A stretch of 64,000 bases of DNA from Octopus sinensis (Eukaryota). The position numbers and the translations under genes were made by a program. Position 1 is the first letter of the stretch. Each line of letters starts with the position of its first letter. This document shows, one piece after another, positions 1 through 14,310 of this stretch. The notes beneath the pieces were generated by a model. It saw nothing but the letters and a program-made list of their open reading frames with translations, was not told the DNA's origin and made no database searches. Location of the stretch: the NCBI RefSeq assembly GCF_006345805.1, contig NC_042998.1, forward strand, positions 107,074,001 to 107,138,000, written 5' to 3'.

Positions 1-745
1 GCGCTTGATTTTTTAATGTCTCTACCCCCATATTTGCGTGAGTTGAATTGAGCAAACACTATATGAGAGAGGTTTTCTTTAAGTATTAGAAATAGTTTTA
101 AAAAAGTTTTTTAGCTGCTATTTCTAATGAGTTCAGTATGCGGCAAAGTAATTTATTTTACTAAGCCCTTTTATATAATGTAATAATTTGAATTCGCCTG
201 AAAGTGGGAGCATACCCTTTCGGCTTCCTCTCGCTTCTGAAGATCTGCTCCCAACTAACAGTGCCAACAAACCCAAAAATGCAAGCGAAGAATTTCTGCT
301 CTCCCCTTTCCACCAGCGTGGGTTAAAATCAGTAAACACTATGCTTTTTTCGGTAAAGTCCGCGGCATTATATAGAGAGAGATGAATTATAATTTCAACA
401 ATTGAGGGTAAAATTAATTAATTAATCAATTTCACCAAGTATTCAGTATGCAAAGGGACCATTTAAGGCGAATTCAAATTATTACATTATATAAAAGGGC
501 TTAGTAAAATAAATTACTTTGCCGCATACTGAACTCATTAGAAATAGCAGCTAAAAAACTTTTTTAAAACTATTTCTAATACTTAAGAAACCTCTCTCAT
601 ATAGTGTTTGCTCAATTCAACTCACGCAAATATGGGGGTAGAGACATTAAAAAATCAAGTGCAAAGGTTATTTGAGAACGTACGTTTCAAGATTAGTCAA
701 CACGACATTTCTATCACCAGCTCAGAACTCCCTGGTTTGGATTTG

Positions 746-750
<5 letters not shown>
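1..750 (-). mobile_element. Fold-back non-autonomous element (family C) with degenerate hammerhead, abutting (TA)n
   Basis: 1-199 is the near-exact reverse complement of 466-662, with a ~266-bp spacer. A degenerate hammerhead lies on the minus strand at 673-724. (TA)n starts at ~746. The left end runs off the window. Confidence 0.6.
673..724 (-). ncRNA. Degenerate type I hammerhead-like motif
   Basis: Minus strand reads TGAG-CTGGTGA-(imperfect stem II)-GAAA-CGTACG-TT-CTCA. The core has A6>G, stem III is palindromic (ACGTACGT) and stem I is 4 bp. Confidence 0.4.
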
Positions 751-1010
<260 letters not shown>

Positions 1011-1317
1011 AGCCCGAAATTATAATGTATGTGTGACGTTTTCCAATGCTGAAAATTAATGTTTAATGAAAATGGTATTTCAATGAAAACAAATATCAAT
1101 TGAATTTCGCAGATGAATGTCGATTGAAAATTAAATGTAACTCATTATAATTGGAACAAATGTGATTGTTGAATAGAGTTGGGTTGAAAAATTTAGCATC
1201 AACAACAATTTGGTGTGTTTATTTTAATGGCCTACCAATGTATAGTGCATTTTTCTGCCCTAGGTGTCAGGAAGACACTCGGCAAGAAATGGAAACACAA
1301 TTGAAAGATGATAATGA

Positions 1318-1330
1318 AAATAATAATAAT

Positions 1331-1412
<82 letters not shown>
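1318..1412. repeat. (AAT)n/(AAC)n microsatellite
   Basis: Direct reading. Confidence 0.95.
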
Positions 1413-3524
1413 GTCTCTTTTATTAACCACAAGGTCTTCAGTATAGACAGAATAAAGAAATCTTCACTAAGGATTAAAAAGACAGAATACGAAAATAGAA
1501 ACATGGAGTGTGAAGAAAAAAAGCCTTCACTTATTCGGAGTGAAGAAGACACATTACACAATACATGGAAAATTAAGATTTTATTGATAAACACATATGC
1601 ACACATATACGCATACACATACAAACACACACATACACTTATAGATACGTATATGTACATATTCATAAACCTTACACATACATGATATCTGTATACATAA
1701 ATACACGCATTTGCACTAGAATAAATATATAAAGTTACAATTATACGTAATAATTTAAGCAATATATAATAAAATGGAATCAAAACATATAAATAATTTC
1801 TTATCTTGGGTAAATCCATTCCAGATATCATTTTTCAAATTGTTTATGAATGCATTTTTGGAAACATTTCCTTTTTAAGGGGAAAGCGCAACATAAATTT
1901 TGAGAATAGTCTTTTCTAGGTTCAGTGTAATGTTTTAGCTTTAATTTTACTTATAATCTATATTTTACGAGTTGTTTAAATTCTGGATCTAAACGTTCTT
2001 TGCATCATTCTAACTTCTTCAGAAAGTCTGTGGTACTATAGTTGCGTAATGTTGTGAATTAATTGTTTGCTTGATTTTTGAAGAATGCTAAATCTTTGTT
2101 CCTCTCTGTTTTCTTCTTTTTCTCCGTTATTTTCCTGAGAAAGAATTTGCTTGTCATTTAAAAGAAATTGTTCCTCAATTGTTTTCGCTGTTTTATGTTA
2201 AGTCTCCTTTTTCTGTGAGTTTTTCTTCTTTTCGCCGACGATTGTTAAATTTTCATATGTAATTTTTATTTCTCTTTCATCACACGATGTGTGTCATACC
2301 ACAAGTTGTGGTACTACAGGTTGACACTGTTCATGGACGAGGTCTTTGTCCATCTATTTTTTTAAAAGTGGATTTAAAGATATTTTACTTGTCATCTCCA
2401 AGAATTATGGCTGGTGATACTCTGGAAACGAGTTTTTGTTGTTTTTGTGGTTGCAAAAATCATTATTTCCGTTCTTACATTTTTTTTTTTTGCAATATCT
2501 TTCAATTTCTTCCTAGTATTCAGCTCTGTGGTGAGTTCTCATCTTACAAATGCTTTTTGCTCTGTACCATTAATCTCATGACCTGTATCTCGTTGCGTTT
2601 CCGGTATAGTTTTGTGGCCTTCAAATGTTACAAAATACTCACAACTTCATCCTGATGGTTCTCGAGTACTTGTCACCTTTTATTAGCCCTGCTTTGTTCA
2701 AACTCACTAACTCTAACACAAACCTGACCGCAAATCATGGATCTAAATTGTCTCCGATGTTTCTTGTTGTCATTGCGTTTCATTGACCATGTACTGGGGC
2801 ACTAATGTATAGCTGGAGGAATGTCTGACAATTTCAGATTGTATTGCGACTGTGTCCTCAGCTTTAAAGCTACAGCCTTTTTCGTGTGAGAGAACTCGCA
2901 ATAAGTCCAGGAGACTACTATTTGATGCGAGGAAAGACTTAGTTTGCTTCCGTCCTTTCGAAAGCAGAGGTATATTATTTTTCTCTTTGCTCATTCCAGG
3001 ATTAGCTCATGTGGCAAAGAAATGCCATTCTATTTGACAAAATTTTCACCTACATATTTTCTTCAAACTATGATAGGATTAAAAATTGATCAGTCTGTAT
3101 TAAGGGAAGGTTTGCCTTTACACAACTTTGAATCAAAGTAATGTGATTCGTGTGAGATGTTAACGATGATGTTGCTTAAGTGTTTTGGACATTTTATTCT
3201 ATTAATCGTTCACCTAAACTTTCACTTTCTCCTTTTCTCCCAAACAGCCAGGAGTGTGCTTTGTGTTTTGCCTTTGTTTTTGTTTTTTATTTTTTGTTTT
3301 ACTTTCTCTATTGTAGTATTTAGTCTTGTAGCATAATCATGCGTAGCAACCATTTTGGATGGGAAAATGTAATTGTGTTAATTAAATTTTAAAAGTTTAT
3401 GAAAAAAAACCTCAATTTTTTTTCTTTTTCGTCTACTCTTATATATCGAGAGCGGGCTTTCCTTGGGCAATTATAATTCTTTTTACAAAGCGGCATCTTC
3501 CCACTACAAGAGTTAAAATGATAT

Positions 3525-3588
<64 letters not shown>

Positions 3589-3591
<3 letters not shown>

Positions 3592-3968
3592 CATGAAAAA
3601 CGTAGAAGCTATGCCTAACTCTAAGATATAGCCCGGCTAGGAACATCCTAAATCCTACGCAAGATATTATCAATTCAATAAAACAACCAAAACAAAACAA
3701 TCCATAAACACAAGCCCCATTATATATAGCAAATATCAAATAAACAACCATCCACAGACCGCATGCCCAACATAAAATATTACTTGCATTATACACACAA
3801 CACACAGTACAGACACTAATACAACAAAAGACTGCACGCAATACAATACCGGGAAGAGTTTGCACTCCCCCAACAACAGAAAAAAACGTACAGTGTTGCA
3901 CACACTCCAGCAACACGGAGGTATGACAGGTGATGCAGCAGAAATTTGCCTGAAACTATCAAATGTTG
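3589..3968 (+). mobile_element. R4/Dong-type non-LTR retrotransposon 3' end (copy 1 of a duplicated pair)
   Basis: Encodes ...LGTSxILRKILSIQ*, matching the C-terminus at 6100-6155, followed by a 3' UTR. (TAA)n on both sides. Confidence 0.65.
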
Positions 3969-3987
3969 AATAATAATAATAATAATA

Positions 3988-4025
<38 letters not shown>

Positions 4026-4027
4026 TA

Positions 4028-4518
<491 letters not shown>

Positions 4519-5489
4519 AATATTAATAATAGTGAAAATAAGTTTTTATTGGTTCCACATCGCTATTTAATTTTACCGGAGATTGGATTTGAATGCTTTC
4601 ATCTCTCTCTGCTCATCCACCATTGTTACCACTCTGGCTTGTTCCCTGACGGGTGACACATAAGTGACTTGAATGTTCCTTACAAGACTTCTCATATATA
4701 ATGGGTGCATGATAAACTGATGTAATAAGTAAGTGGTTAAAGCCACAGACCTGGCTTCCACCTTGCTGTTGCAAACAGTAACCGTCGCATGCTGTTAGGC
4801 TCTTATCACATATCCTACTGTAGAGCACACTTCCTGCAGACATTTTCCCCCTTGTGCTAAAATGGGATACTGTGGTTTTCTTTTCTGTTTATACAATTAC
4901 AAACTTTTTGTGTTTTACACCCCAACGATTAGAAGTTTCATCAGTCCCGGGTGTATGATATTGCGTTTATAATTTTTCACATTTTCTTCCTTGCCGATCA
5001 AGTGACTGAACCATTCATTGCTAGTTATCGCAGAAAACGAAGTTTTAGTTCTGGTTTCGTTATTGTTTTATGTTTTCCGTTTTTTGTTATTGTTTTGTTT
5101 GTTTGTTTGTTTTTTGTTGATTTTTTTCTCTCAAAATCACAAGTAGACGACACAAATATGTTTTCCTCTCTTGAGATTGTCTGTCATTGTCATGATTACC
5201 TCCGCAGTGTTTCTAGTAAAACGGAATTTTTTGAATTAAAGCATAGCTCAGTCTCTCTCCTTTTCGTTTTCATTTAAATACTCTTTCACTCCTTCTGTAT
5301 TACATTCTTGAGTGACGAATACTTCTATTTCTTTACAAACGTAAATTTTTTCAAGTAAAACAGACCAGTTTACAAAACAAAATTAATCCACAGACAATTC
5401 TTCTAGACAAAATTCTTAAACCAAACCCACACAAATTTCAAAATTTCGGAAATTTTATAGGGCTGAGAATCAAGTATGCCTTTCTCCTC

Positions 5490-5560
<71 letters not shown>

Positions 5561-5580
5561 TAATAACAATAATAATAATA

Positions 5581-6364
5581 GCCCAACATGTCGTGTATGT
5601 CAACAACAAAATGAAACCATTGATCATGTTGTCTCCAAGTGCAGTCTTCTAGCGCCTACAGAGTATCTCAACAGGCATGATAGAGCTGCACAATATATTC
5701 ACTGAGTAATTTGCAAAAACCTGGATTTGCCCCATGAAAAAAACTGGTGGGAACACAAACCACCTCCAGTGCTTGAAAATGACCACATCTCACTCCTCTG
5801 GAACTTCACCATTCAAACTTACAGAAAGATAGATGCAAATAGGCCAGACATCATATTGAAAGACTTCAGAAAAAGAACATGCCTCCTCATTGATATGACT
5901 GTCCCAATCGATATAAACGTATCTGTCAAGACCTACCAAAAACTGAGCAAATATAAAGATCTTGAAATAGAAATCAGCAAAATGTGGAACTTGAAGACTA
6001 AAACAATACCTGTTGTCATAGGTGCCCTGAGAATGATAGCAAAAGGGGCTGATTGCTACGTAGCTCAGATACCAGGAAACCCCAAAATGGCAGAAATTCA
6101 AAAGATAGTGCTCATGGGAACTGCTCATATCCTACGCAAAATACTTTCTATGTAATCTCAAGTTTTAAAACAAACAAAATTTTCGTATGTTTTTTTGTTT
6201 TTGTTTTTTTTAGACATTCACTAGTACAACGCTAAATACAAAATCAAATATATGGCACACTAGGCATAAGAACAACATGAACTTCCAACCTGTTGTCTCT
6301 TGAGGTCTCTGGGTGAGACTTGGAGCCAACTCTTGTACAAATATAAAGCAAAAGTCAAACATAG
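5581..6364 (+). mobile_element. 5'-truncated R4/Dong-type (RLE) LINE
   Basis: CCHC knuckle CRVCQQQNETIDHVVSKC, RHD, RPDII...LIDMTVP...KLSKYKDL (PD-(D/E)xK restriction-like endonuclease), ending GTAHILRKILSM*. One internal TGA. (TAA)n flanks. Confidence 0.9.
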
Positions 6365-6381
6365 AATAATAATAATAATAA

Positions 6382-6412
<31 letters not shown>

Positions 6413-6434
6413 AAGAAGAAGAAGAATGATGATT

Positions 6435-6478
<44 letters not shown>

Positions 6479-6521
6479 AATAATAATAATAATAATAAAT
6501 AATAATAATAATAATAATAAT

Positions 6522-6640
6522 ACGCAGAACACTTTCAATACAGTAACCATAAGAGCATCACAACAAACCACAGCACATACCCAAGGCACACAGAGCTGCG
6601 CTCGGTAGTGAAGTGAAAGCACGCTATAAAAATAAAACTA

Positions 6641-6643
<3 letters not shown>
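6522..6643 (+). mobile_element. Short R4/Dong-type 3' end
   Basis: LRxTLSI end plus a 3' UTR shared with 8940-9071; between (TAA)n tracts. Confidence 0.7.
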
Positions 6644-6714
<71 letters not shown>

Positions 6715-7506
6715 GGTAGCAAAAAAGTGCAAAACAAAAGCCAGAGGTAAGCTTGAAGGAAATATCAAGACTATGGGAAGAAAAACCATTGCATGGACAA
6801 TACCTCAAACGAGCTGAGGAAGCTTATGTAGATAGGAGAAGAACCCATCAGTGGTTGCAGAGTGTGGTTTGAAAGCCGAAACAGAAAGATTCATCCTAGC
6901 AGCACAAGAAAAAGATTCTTCTCACCTGGAACTATCAAGTCACACACACTGAGGTAGACACAAAGTGTAGACTCTGCAATGACAAACTTGAGAGTATTGA
7001 CTACGTTGTTGCCGGTTGCTTGTCCTTGCTCCTACAGAATATTTAACTAGGTATGATTGAGTTGGCCAATACTTGCACTGGATAATATGCCATTACAATG
7101 GTATCCCACACCCTAAAAACTGGTATGAACACCACCCAGAGCCAGTCACTGAGGGGGAGAATGCTACCATCCTATGAGATTATGGAATACATACAGAGAG
7201 GCAAATAAATGTTAACAGACCAGACATTGCTATAAAAGACCTAAAACAAAAACATACCCGTTAATTGACATGACAGTACCTACGGATAGAAACATCTCAG
7301 CAAAAGAATTTGAAAAACTGTCGAAATATAAGGACCTTGAGATTGAGATATGTAGGACGTAGCAATTAAAAACCAAAACCATCCCTGTTGTTGTAGGTGT
7401 CCCAGGAATGACCAAGAATGGTACTGGGAAACCATCAACCTTTGAAACTCGAAAAATTATTGTTGACATCAATCGCCTACATTTTCAGGAAGTTTCTCTC
7501 TATCTA

Positions 7507-8762
7507 TCAGGTCATCCCATAAGATTTAATAGTATTTTAGAATGTCTAATGGAATTAAAAATTATTTTTATGCATTTGTGTACATTGAAACTAATTAAAT
7601 ATTATTTTACAGAATAATAGAATTAAAATTTCTTTGATTAAAACCCTTTCTAACATGGAAGTATCCAACGAGCATTTGAGGCACATAATGCTTTATGAGT
7701 ACAGAAAAGGAAACTCTGCAGCTGAGGCGACTCGAAGCATACACTCAGTTTATGGGAAAAAATGCTTGAATGACAGAACTTACAGAAGATGGTTTGCAAA
7801 ATTCGAAAGTGGAGATTTCATCCTTGAAGATGAAGATCGAACAGGACGTCCAGTTGACTTTGAGGATAAGTTCCTTGAGACATTACTTGAAGAAAATCCT
7901 GCATTAATCAGTTGAAGAATTGGCAATAAAGCTTAGTTCAAACCATACAACTGTTCATCGTCATCTTCAACAACTTGGAAAGGTTCCTAAGCTTGGAAAA
8001 TGGGTGCCTCATGAATTGTCCGAAAGCAACCGCAAATCCCGAGTTGACATCTGCTTTTCTCTCCATTCTCGCGAACTCATTTCACCCATTTTGGATAGAC
8101 TTGTGATTGGTCACGAAAAATGGATCTTCTACCGAAATGTTAAACGTCGTAGACAGTGGCTTGGTAAAAGGGGAAAAGTTCAACCACAACTGAGAAGGAA
8201 ACTTCAAAGGGAAAGGGTCCTTCTCTCTATCTGGTGGGATTGCAAAGGAGTAATTCACTTTAAATTGTTACCACCTAATGCAACAACCAATGCTCAAGTC
8301 TACTGCCAGCAATTAGAGCGTTTGAACCAATCTTTGAAGAAAAAAAGACCCGCTTTAGTGAATCGAAAAGGAGTGATGTCTCATCAGGACAATGCACGAC
8401 CCTGCACTGCAAATATCACATCACAGATGATCGAAGAGCTTCACTGGGTAAAAAAAATTCATCATTCACCTTATTTTCGCAACCTTGCTCCTTCATACTA
8501 CCATTTGTTTCGTAGTCTACAGAATCATTTAAGGGACATAACTTTCGCAAGCCAGGAGGAGGTTGAAACTGACATTTCAGAGTTCTTCGCTTTGAAACCA
8601 AAAGAGTTTTACATTGATAGGATTAAAAAGCTTGTAAATAGATGGAAGGAAGTCATAGATAATCAGGGAAAGTACATTGATGATTAAATTTCAATTAAAT
8701 ATAACATTTGCTCACTTGTTTTCTTTATTCAAAATTCGGACAGAACTTACGGGATGACCTGA
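7507..8762 (+). mobile_element. mariner DNA transposon (inactive)
   Basis: Terminal inverted repeats tcaggtcatccc(a/g)taag; TA duplication at 7505-7506 and 8763-8764; transposase inside. Confidence 0.95.
7655..8687 (+). pseudogene. mariner DD34D transposase pseudogene
   Basis: HTH N-terminus, GRP, WVPHEL, IGHEKW (first catalytic D>H), HQDNARP, NLAPSYYHLF (third D>Y). Frameshift near 7905-7915. Confidence 0.92.
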
Positions 8763-8859
8763 TAATATATATGTGCCTTAGGTCTCTGGTTGAGACCCAG
8801 TCAGAAGATAAAATAAAATGCAATTCAATCGGAAAATAATAATGATGATGATGATGATA

Positions 8860-9071
8860 TTCAGACAAATATATAACAAAACACCAGGACTAACAAGTAT
8901 AGATAACATACAGAAAATAGCACTACTAGGCTACGACCGCACACATCCTACGTAAAACACTTTCAATATGGTAAAAATAAGAGCATCACAACAAACCACA
9001 GCACGTACCCAAGGCATACATAGCTGCGCTCGGTTGTGCAGTGAAAGTACGTGATAAAAATAAGACTACTG
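8860..9071 (+). mobile_element. R4/Dong-type 3' end
   Basis: TPGLTSIDNIQKIALLG-TAHILRKTLSI; UTR matches 6522-6643; followed by (AAC)n(AAT)n. Confidence 0.8.
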
Positions 9072-9099
9072 AATAACAACAACAACAACAACAACGACG

Positions 9100-9146
<47 letters not shown>

Positions 9147-9159
9147 AATAATAATAATA

Positions 9160-10230
9160 AGTCAACCACTTGTTATTCATGGACGACTTCAAACTTTATG
9201 ATAAAAGATGAATCCCAAGTCAGTTCCCTCGTAGATACGGTATATAGTTTCAGTGCTGATATCAGAATGGAGTTCGAACTGAAGAAGTGTGGTGTGTTAG
9301 CCTTGAAGAGAGGCAAAATTAAATGTATGGACGGGTTAGTGATACGATCGGGGGAAGTTATGAAGCAAATAGAAAGAACGGGTTATAAGTACTTGGGAAT
9401 ACTGGAAATGGATAAATTGATGGAGAAAGGAATGACAGAAATACTTTCTCAACAAATATCTCATGATGTTCCAACCTAAAAATAACTAACAAATCTTTTA
9501 AGTCCATCGTCTACTGTCTGAAGTGAGAGCTACTATTGCCCTCTACGTGAGTGTAGTTTATCTGCTTCAGCTACGACTATCATCAGAACGTATTGGTATA
9601 TAAGCGCAAGCCAAAGAGGGAAGGCCTAACGGTTGAGGAAATAACAGCAACCAAATTTCATTCATATCATACGCTGCTATCTAAAAAAAATGAAGGACAC
9701 TTTGGAAAATGTAGTTCTTAATATACTATAAAATGGAATGACATGGCTGGAATGCCTTTTATCATGGATATATTCAGTCAATGTTAACCTGGAGCTAAAC
9801 AACGACACCAAGTGAAGCAAACAGTGAGTTTGAACTTCAAGAAATCGTAGCTAAATTTTTCTCAAAGCATACTACACCATCCCAAAAGATTAATGAGCAC
9901 AGCAGAAAAGACATAAACTATATCTCAAAAAGCGGACAGAATGATGATGGATGGAACTCTTTTCATCATAAATCTGCTCTTTTTGTGTTGACTGGAGTTA
10001 AACAGCAACAACAGCAGGTATAGGGAGACAGAAGGGTCAGTAGAAAATATGCCAACTGCCCAGACGGCTAGGCGCCACCTCATAAGATAAATCACTCAAC
10101 GTTGAATTGCAGTGTTGTTCACAACTGAGTAGTGTATGATATATAACTGGAGCACTAGCACTGTGGGTTGCATCTTGAGAAATCTTCCTCATTCAGGTTC
10201 ACTTGGTGAATACTGACCAAGATTATACAG
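9160..10230 (+). mobile_element. Degenerate R4/Dong-type RT fragment
   Basis: VNHLLFMDDFKLY, MEFELKKCGVL, GYKYLGILE (RT domains 5-7). A decayed RLYxxRxxGGRGL-like motif near 9600. The right boundary is uncertain. Confidence 0.65.
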
Positions 10231-10259
10231 CAACAATAATAATAACTGTAATAATAACT

Positions 10260-10327
<68 letters not shown>

Positions 10328-11984
10328 CAATGAATAAGCACCGGACCATTAAATACATGATGGAAGTTATAAAAAACAAGTCAATGGCAGATAAATTGAC
10401 TTCGTACTGAACTCTTTGTTTCAGCTTGGCTCTAATTAATCTTTATTTGTAGTCTATTCACGTAGCTTCTATTTTTAAAGGAAGAATTATGCATTTAGAA
10501 GCCAGTTGTAGTAGCTACTTGCTCAACCTCATTAATAATAGACTACAGAATAATCTTAGCGAATAAACACGGCTACTGCAGAAATTGTTTATGAATTATC
10601 CAAAAGGGGGATAAGAATCTGTGAAAGTTGTTTTAAAAGTTGTGTTCAACAGTGTGTTCGTGTGTGTATGTGTGTGTGTCTGTGTCTGTGTGTGTGTGTT
10701 CGTGTGTGTGTATGTGTCTGTGTGCTTGTATGTGTGTATGTGTCTGTGTGTGCGTGTGTGTGTATGAGTGTGTGTGTATTTCTGAGTGAATATATTTGCA
10801 TTTATATGTGCACATGAAATACTGCTTGGATTCTTTACTGGCGAGCATCATGTTATTTATATTTCGAAGTGTTTTGAAGGCCATCTAATATTTCTTAAGG
10901 CATAATTAGAAAAATGCCATCTTTGCTTTAACATAATTAGAATAGAGAAACACAACCGGACTCTCCTTTCATGTCACGTAAGGACATTGATTTAAACTGG
11001 TACAATATGATACCTTGTCCGACTAGCTAGCACAGTTTTATGACGCTGTTAGTACTTTTGGCACGTTTTCCGATGGGCTAGTTGTTGATATGAACAATTG
11101 AACAATTGTATCTACATATGCAGTACCGGATAAACCTAGTAGTAAGGGTAATATATGCTTTAGGACCCTGCATTTCCGTTTACCTCGCATGAAATGCTTT
11201 ATTATTGCAGTATTCTACTGCCGTCAACATTTCTAAACAACTGGGATTTTGAGAATGATCCGGAGCAATTCAGTGCGTGTAAGTTATTGATTCTGATTCG
11301 ATGATTTTATATTTACTCAATTACTATAATATTCAATCCTATAAACTATAGTATATTATACGACTATGTCATAGGACTGAGTGTTTAAGCACAGCCAACA
11401 CTCAGAAGAATTTGAGATTCTTCTATATACATTAAATCAAACAAATTACAAAATGAATGGCAGCAGTAAATGGGAAGACATCATAACTAATTGGTTGGCA
11501 TTTTATTTCTTTATTTTGATCTATTAAACACGCCATACAATAATTAAGCTAATTATTATTTTCCTCATAAACAAGTCCGAAATCTAATTGCTATTAGTCT
11601 ATTATAGACACAGTATTGCTAATCCCGCCTAAATTGTATTGTGTACTGTTTCTACTTGAGCCTTATCCTGTTTAGCGCAATTAACCTTAAATTGATATGA
11701 TTACATTTTCAATGTTAGAACAACAAAAACAAATTTTCACTATATTTAGGGTTTTGTATGAGGTGTGGATAATTTAACTTGTGTAACTTAGTTGCTCAAG
11801 TAACAATGCCATATACTAGAGAATTCGTGTAATGTTCTAGTATTTCACTTTTAGGATTTTAGGTCTGTTTTAAAACTAAATTATCGTTTGTAGAGGAAGG
11901 TTCCATCGACACAACTTTACTTCGTAATTTACCGTCTCTAAATCATCATCTTCCAAGATTAAACTTGTAAATGTTTCGGCCACG

Positions 11985-12305
11985 TCGGCTGGTAGCTAAA
12001 TATGGCCTAGCTCTCCGTCGGTTACGATGACGGGTATTCCAGTTAATCCAATGAACCGAACAGCCTGCTCATGAAATTAACGCGCAAATGGCTGAGCACT
12101 CCACAGACATGCGTACCCCTAACGTAGTGGGATTCAGCATGACACAGAGCATAACAAAGCTGACCCTTTGAATTGCAGACAGAACTCATTTTTGCCAGCT
12201 GAGTGGACTGGAAGAACAAGAAATAAAGTGTCTTGCGCTTCCGAGTATCAGACTCACTACCTTACGATCTAAAGCAGAATACTCTACCTACTGAACCACA
12301 CACCT
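11985..12305 (-). mobile_element. tRNA-derived SINE (third family, old copy)
   Basis: Minus strand begins with an A-box-like tggttcagtagg head, followed by ccactcagctggcaaaaatgag; a related fragment lies at ~63160-63310. Confidence 0.55.
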
Positions 12306-14009
12306 GTCTTCTCTATGTAAATATCATGCTTAGGCAAAACATTATGCAAACCATCGTACCCATTTTCATTACCAATCACCGTGCTAGTTGATCTTTATAC
12401 ATTGGACCTTCATAGTATAGAGTTGGATCCATGAGACTCTTCTACAGTATTGTTCTGCTTGTCATGACGTCCGTGTATTCGAGAGTTTCGCTTCGAACGA
12501 ACTTAATTTTCGAAGGAAATTGAAGACGTTATCAAAATTTGTTACACAGTGAAACAATGTTATGATGTATGCATCAAGGCATAATTAAGAAAGCTTACAA
12601 AACATGAAATTTCCAATGGTCCTGTTAGTTATAGTCCACTCTCTTCTGGAATATATGTCTAGCAAACCAACAGCGAATGGCTCCTGTGCCGCCTCCTCAC
12701 GTGCTAAATAATCTATCTGTATTGTTGCTTCAAATATGCAGTGAGATTCGTAGCTACAATTCGACTATGTGCTGCTGTCTGATTTAAACATATTGGCTAT
12801 TCAAATATGTCTTATTTTAAGAGCACGTTTTTTTTTAAGGAAATTAAGGACCCTTTATAATATATGTTACAGACCCTGCACTATCTTTATCTTGTCCCGT
12901 ACTCTTAATACTAACTTTGCTATAAAGTAAAAGCCTAACCTTATTTACTGTATTCAACTAAAATTATATCCATTCACACAGAGCTACATAATTACAAGCA
13001 TTTATTTCTGGTTTTTGTTTCATATTTTTACAACTGTGCAGTAGATATTTGTACTGAGATTCACGTGACAAAAAACAACGACCAAACAATGATAGTACGA
13101 TATTCTTGCTGCAATTGCTGTCAATTGTTGTCATTAAAAAGGTAGGATATGCGTTTCGCAAGACATTGTTGTAGGGCTAGGCAAAAGTTCATAATATGAC
13201 TTCGTGATGGGGCGCAAGATCGAATCGAGTAAATCTGAGCAGGCTGGACCAGATGACGCAGTATCGGTAACGAAAGAAATTTATGGCACTTAGCTTTAAC
13301 TAAGATAATATATTATTTGTTTAAATCAAAGACTAGGTTTAAATCAAAGATCAGGTTTCTTTTTGTCTCTAAAATATATAAATGTAGATAAATGTGTGGG
13401 GAAAAAATATTAGAAAAATTAACGTGTTCGCAGTTAGTTTCAGTAACTTATAAATTCTAACGATTCTATTTATATGAGCAGGTTAAACTGTATTCAAATA
13501 CCGTTGTTTTCTACTTTCCGTTAAGAGTTACAAGGAAAAGCTTTTTCAGAGATGAGCTGATTTTCATTTTATTCTATGCTCTTTGATGAAACAGCAGCGT
13601 CATTAATTATGTGAATAATATTTATTGAAATTAATTTATCAGATATGCCATCTGAAGAAGCACTAAAAGTCAAGTATAGGTGAGCATATTTATTACGTGA
13701 CATCAAATATTTAATTGGAAGTACAGGAGCTGATTCCTGTGCGGTTGGGTCTTATTAGACCTCTACAGCAAATCATAGTGCCCACAGTACTTGCTAGAGT
13801 AATCATAAGAAAATCAGCAAATAGGAATGCTAAATTAGCATTAAATCTGAATGAAATCGCAAGTAAATATTCGGCGGTGGGTCAAGGGAGTTTAGTGATT
13901 TTCATTTGACTGTAATCTACTTTGTAAGCAACTAAAATTCACAACCATAGACGCACACAGATATGTATGTATATGTGTAAGAGTGTAATATATATAATGG
14001 ATATACTCC

Positions 14010-14019
<10 letters not shown>

Positions 14020-14049
<30 letters not shown>

Positions 14050-14185
14050 TAGATGCACACACATACTATGTATACATATATTCGTATATATAAATGTGTA
14101 TATAAATGTGTATATAATGAATATCTAAATATATGTATGTATGTATGTATGTATGTATATATATATGTATATATGTATATATATA

Positions 14186-14228
<43 letters not shown>

Positions 14229-14238
14229 ATATATATAT

Positions 14239-14304
<66 letters not shown>

Positions 14305-14310
14305 ATAGAT
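14020..14310. repeat. Compound (CT)n/(TATG)n/(TA)n microsatellite
   Basis: Direct reading. Confidence 0.95.

Larger units (their letters stand above)
6714..8832 (+). mobile_element. Degenerate R4/Dong-type LINE interrupted by a mariner
   Basis: KPLHGQY...GLKAETERFILAAQE, CRLC..IDYVVAGC, RPDIAIKD, IDMTVP, EKLSKYKDL. The ORF ends at ~7506 and the UTR resumes after 8764 (aggtctctggttgagac resembles the UTR at ~6303). Confidence 0.8.

Noticed and set aside
205-252. GGGAGCA/TGCTCCC hairpin containing CTGAAGA
   Set aside because: No stem II plus GAAA follows the CTGAAGA, so it does not fit any hammerhead topology.
1850-3100. Possible decayed LINE coding sequence on the minus strand (IILGD-like word)
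   Set aside because: A single short motif with no collinear support; cannot be classified by eye.
9560-9600. Minus-strand CTGATGA followed by GAAG
   Set aside because: GAAG instead of GAAA, no credible stem III or stem I, and it lies in decayed LINE sequence.
13640-13685. CTGAAGAAGCACT hammerhead-like start
   Set aside because: No GAAA or pairing partner downstream.
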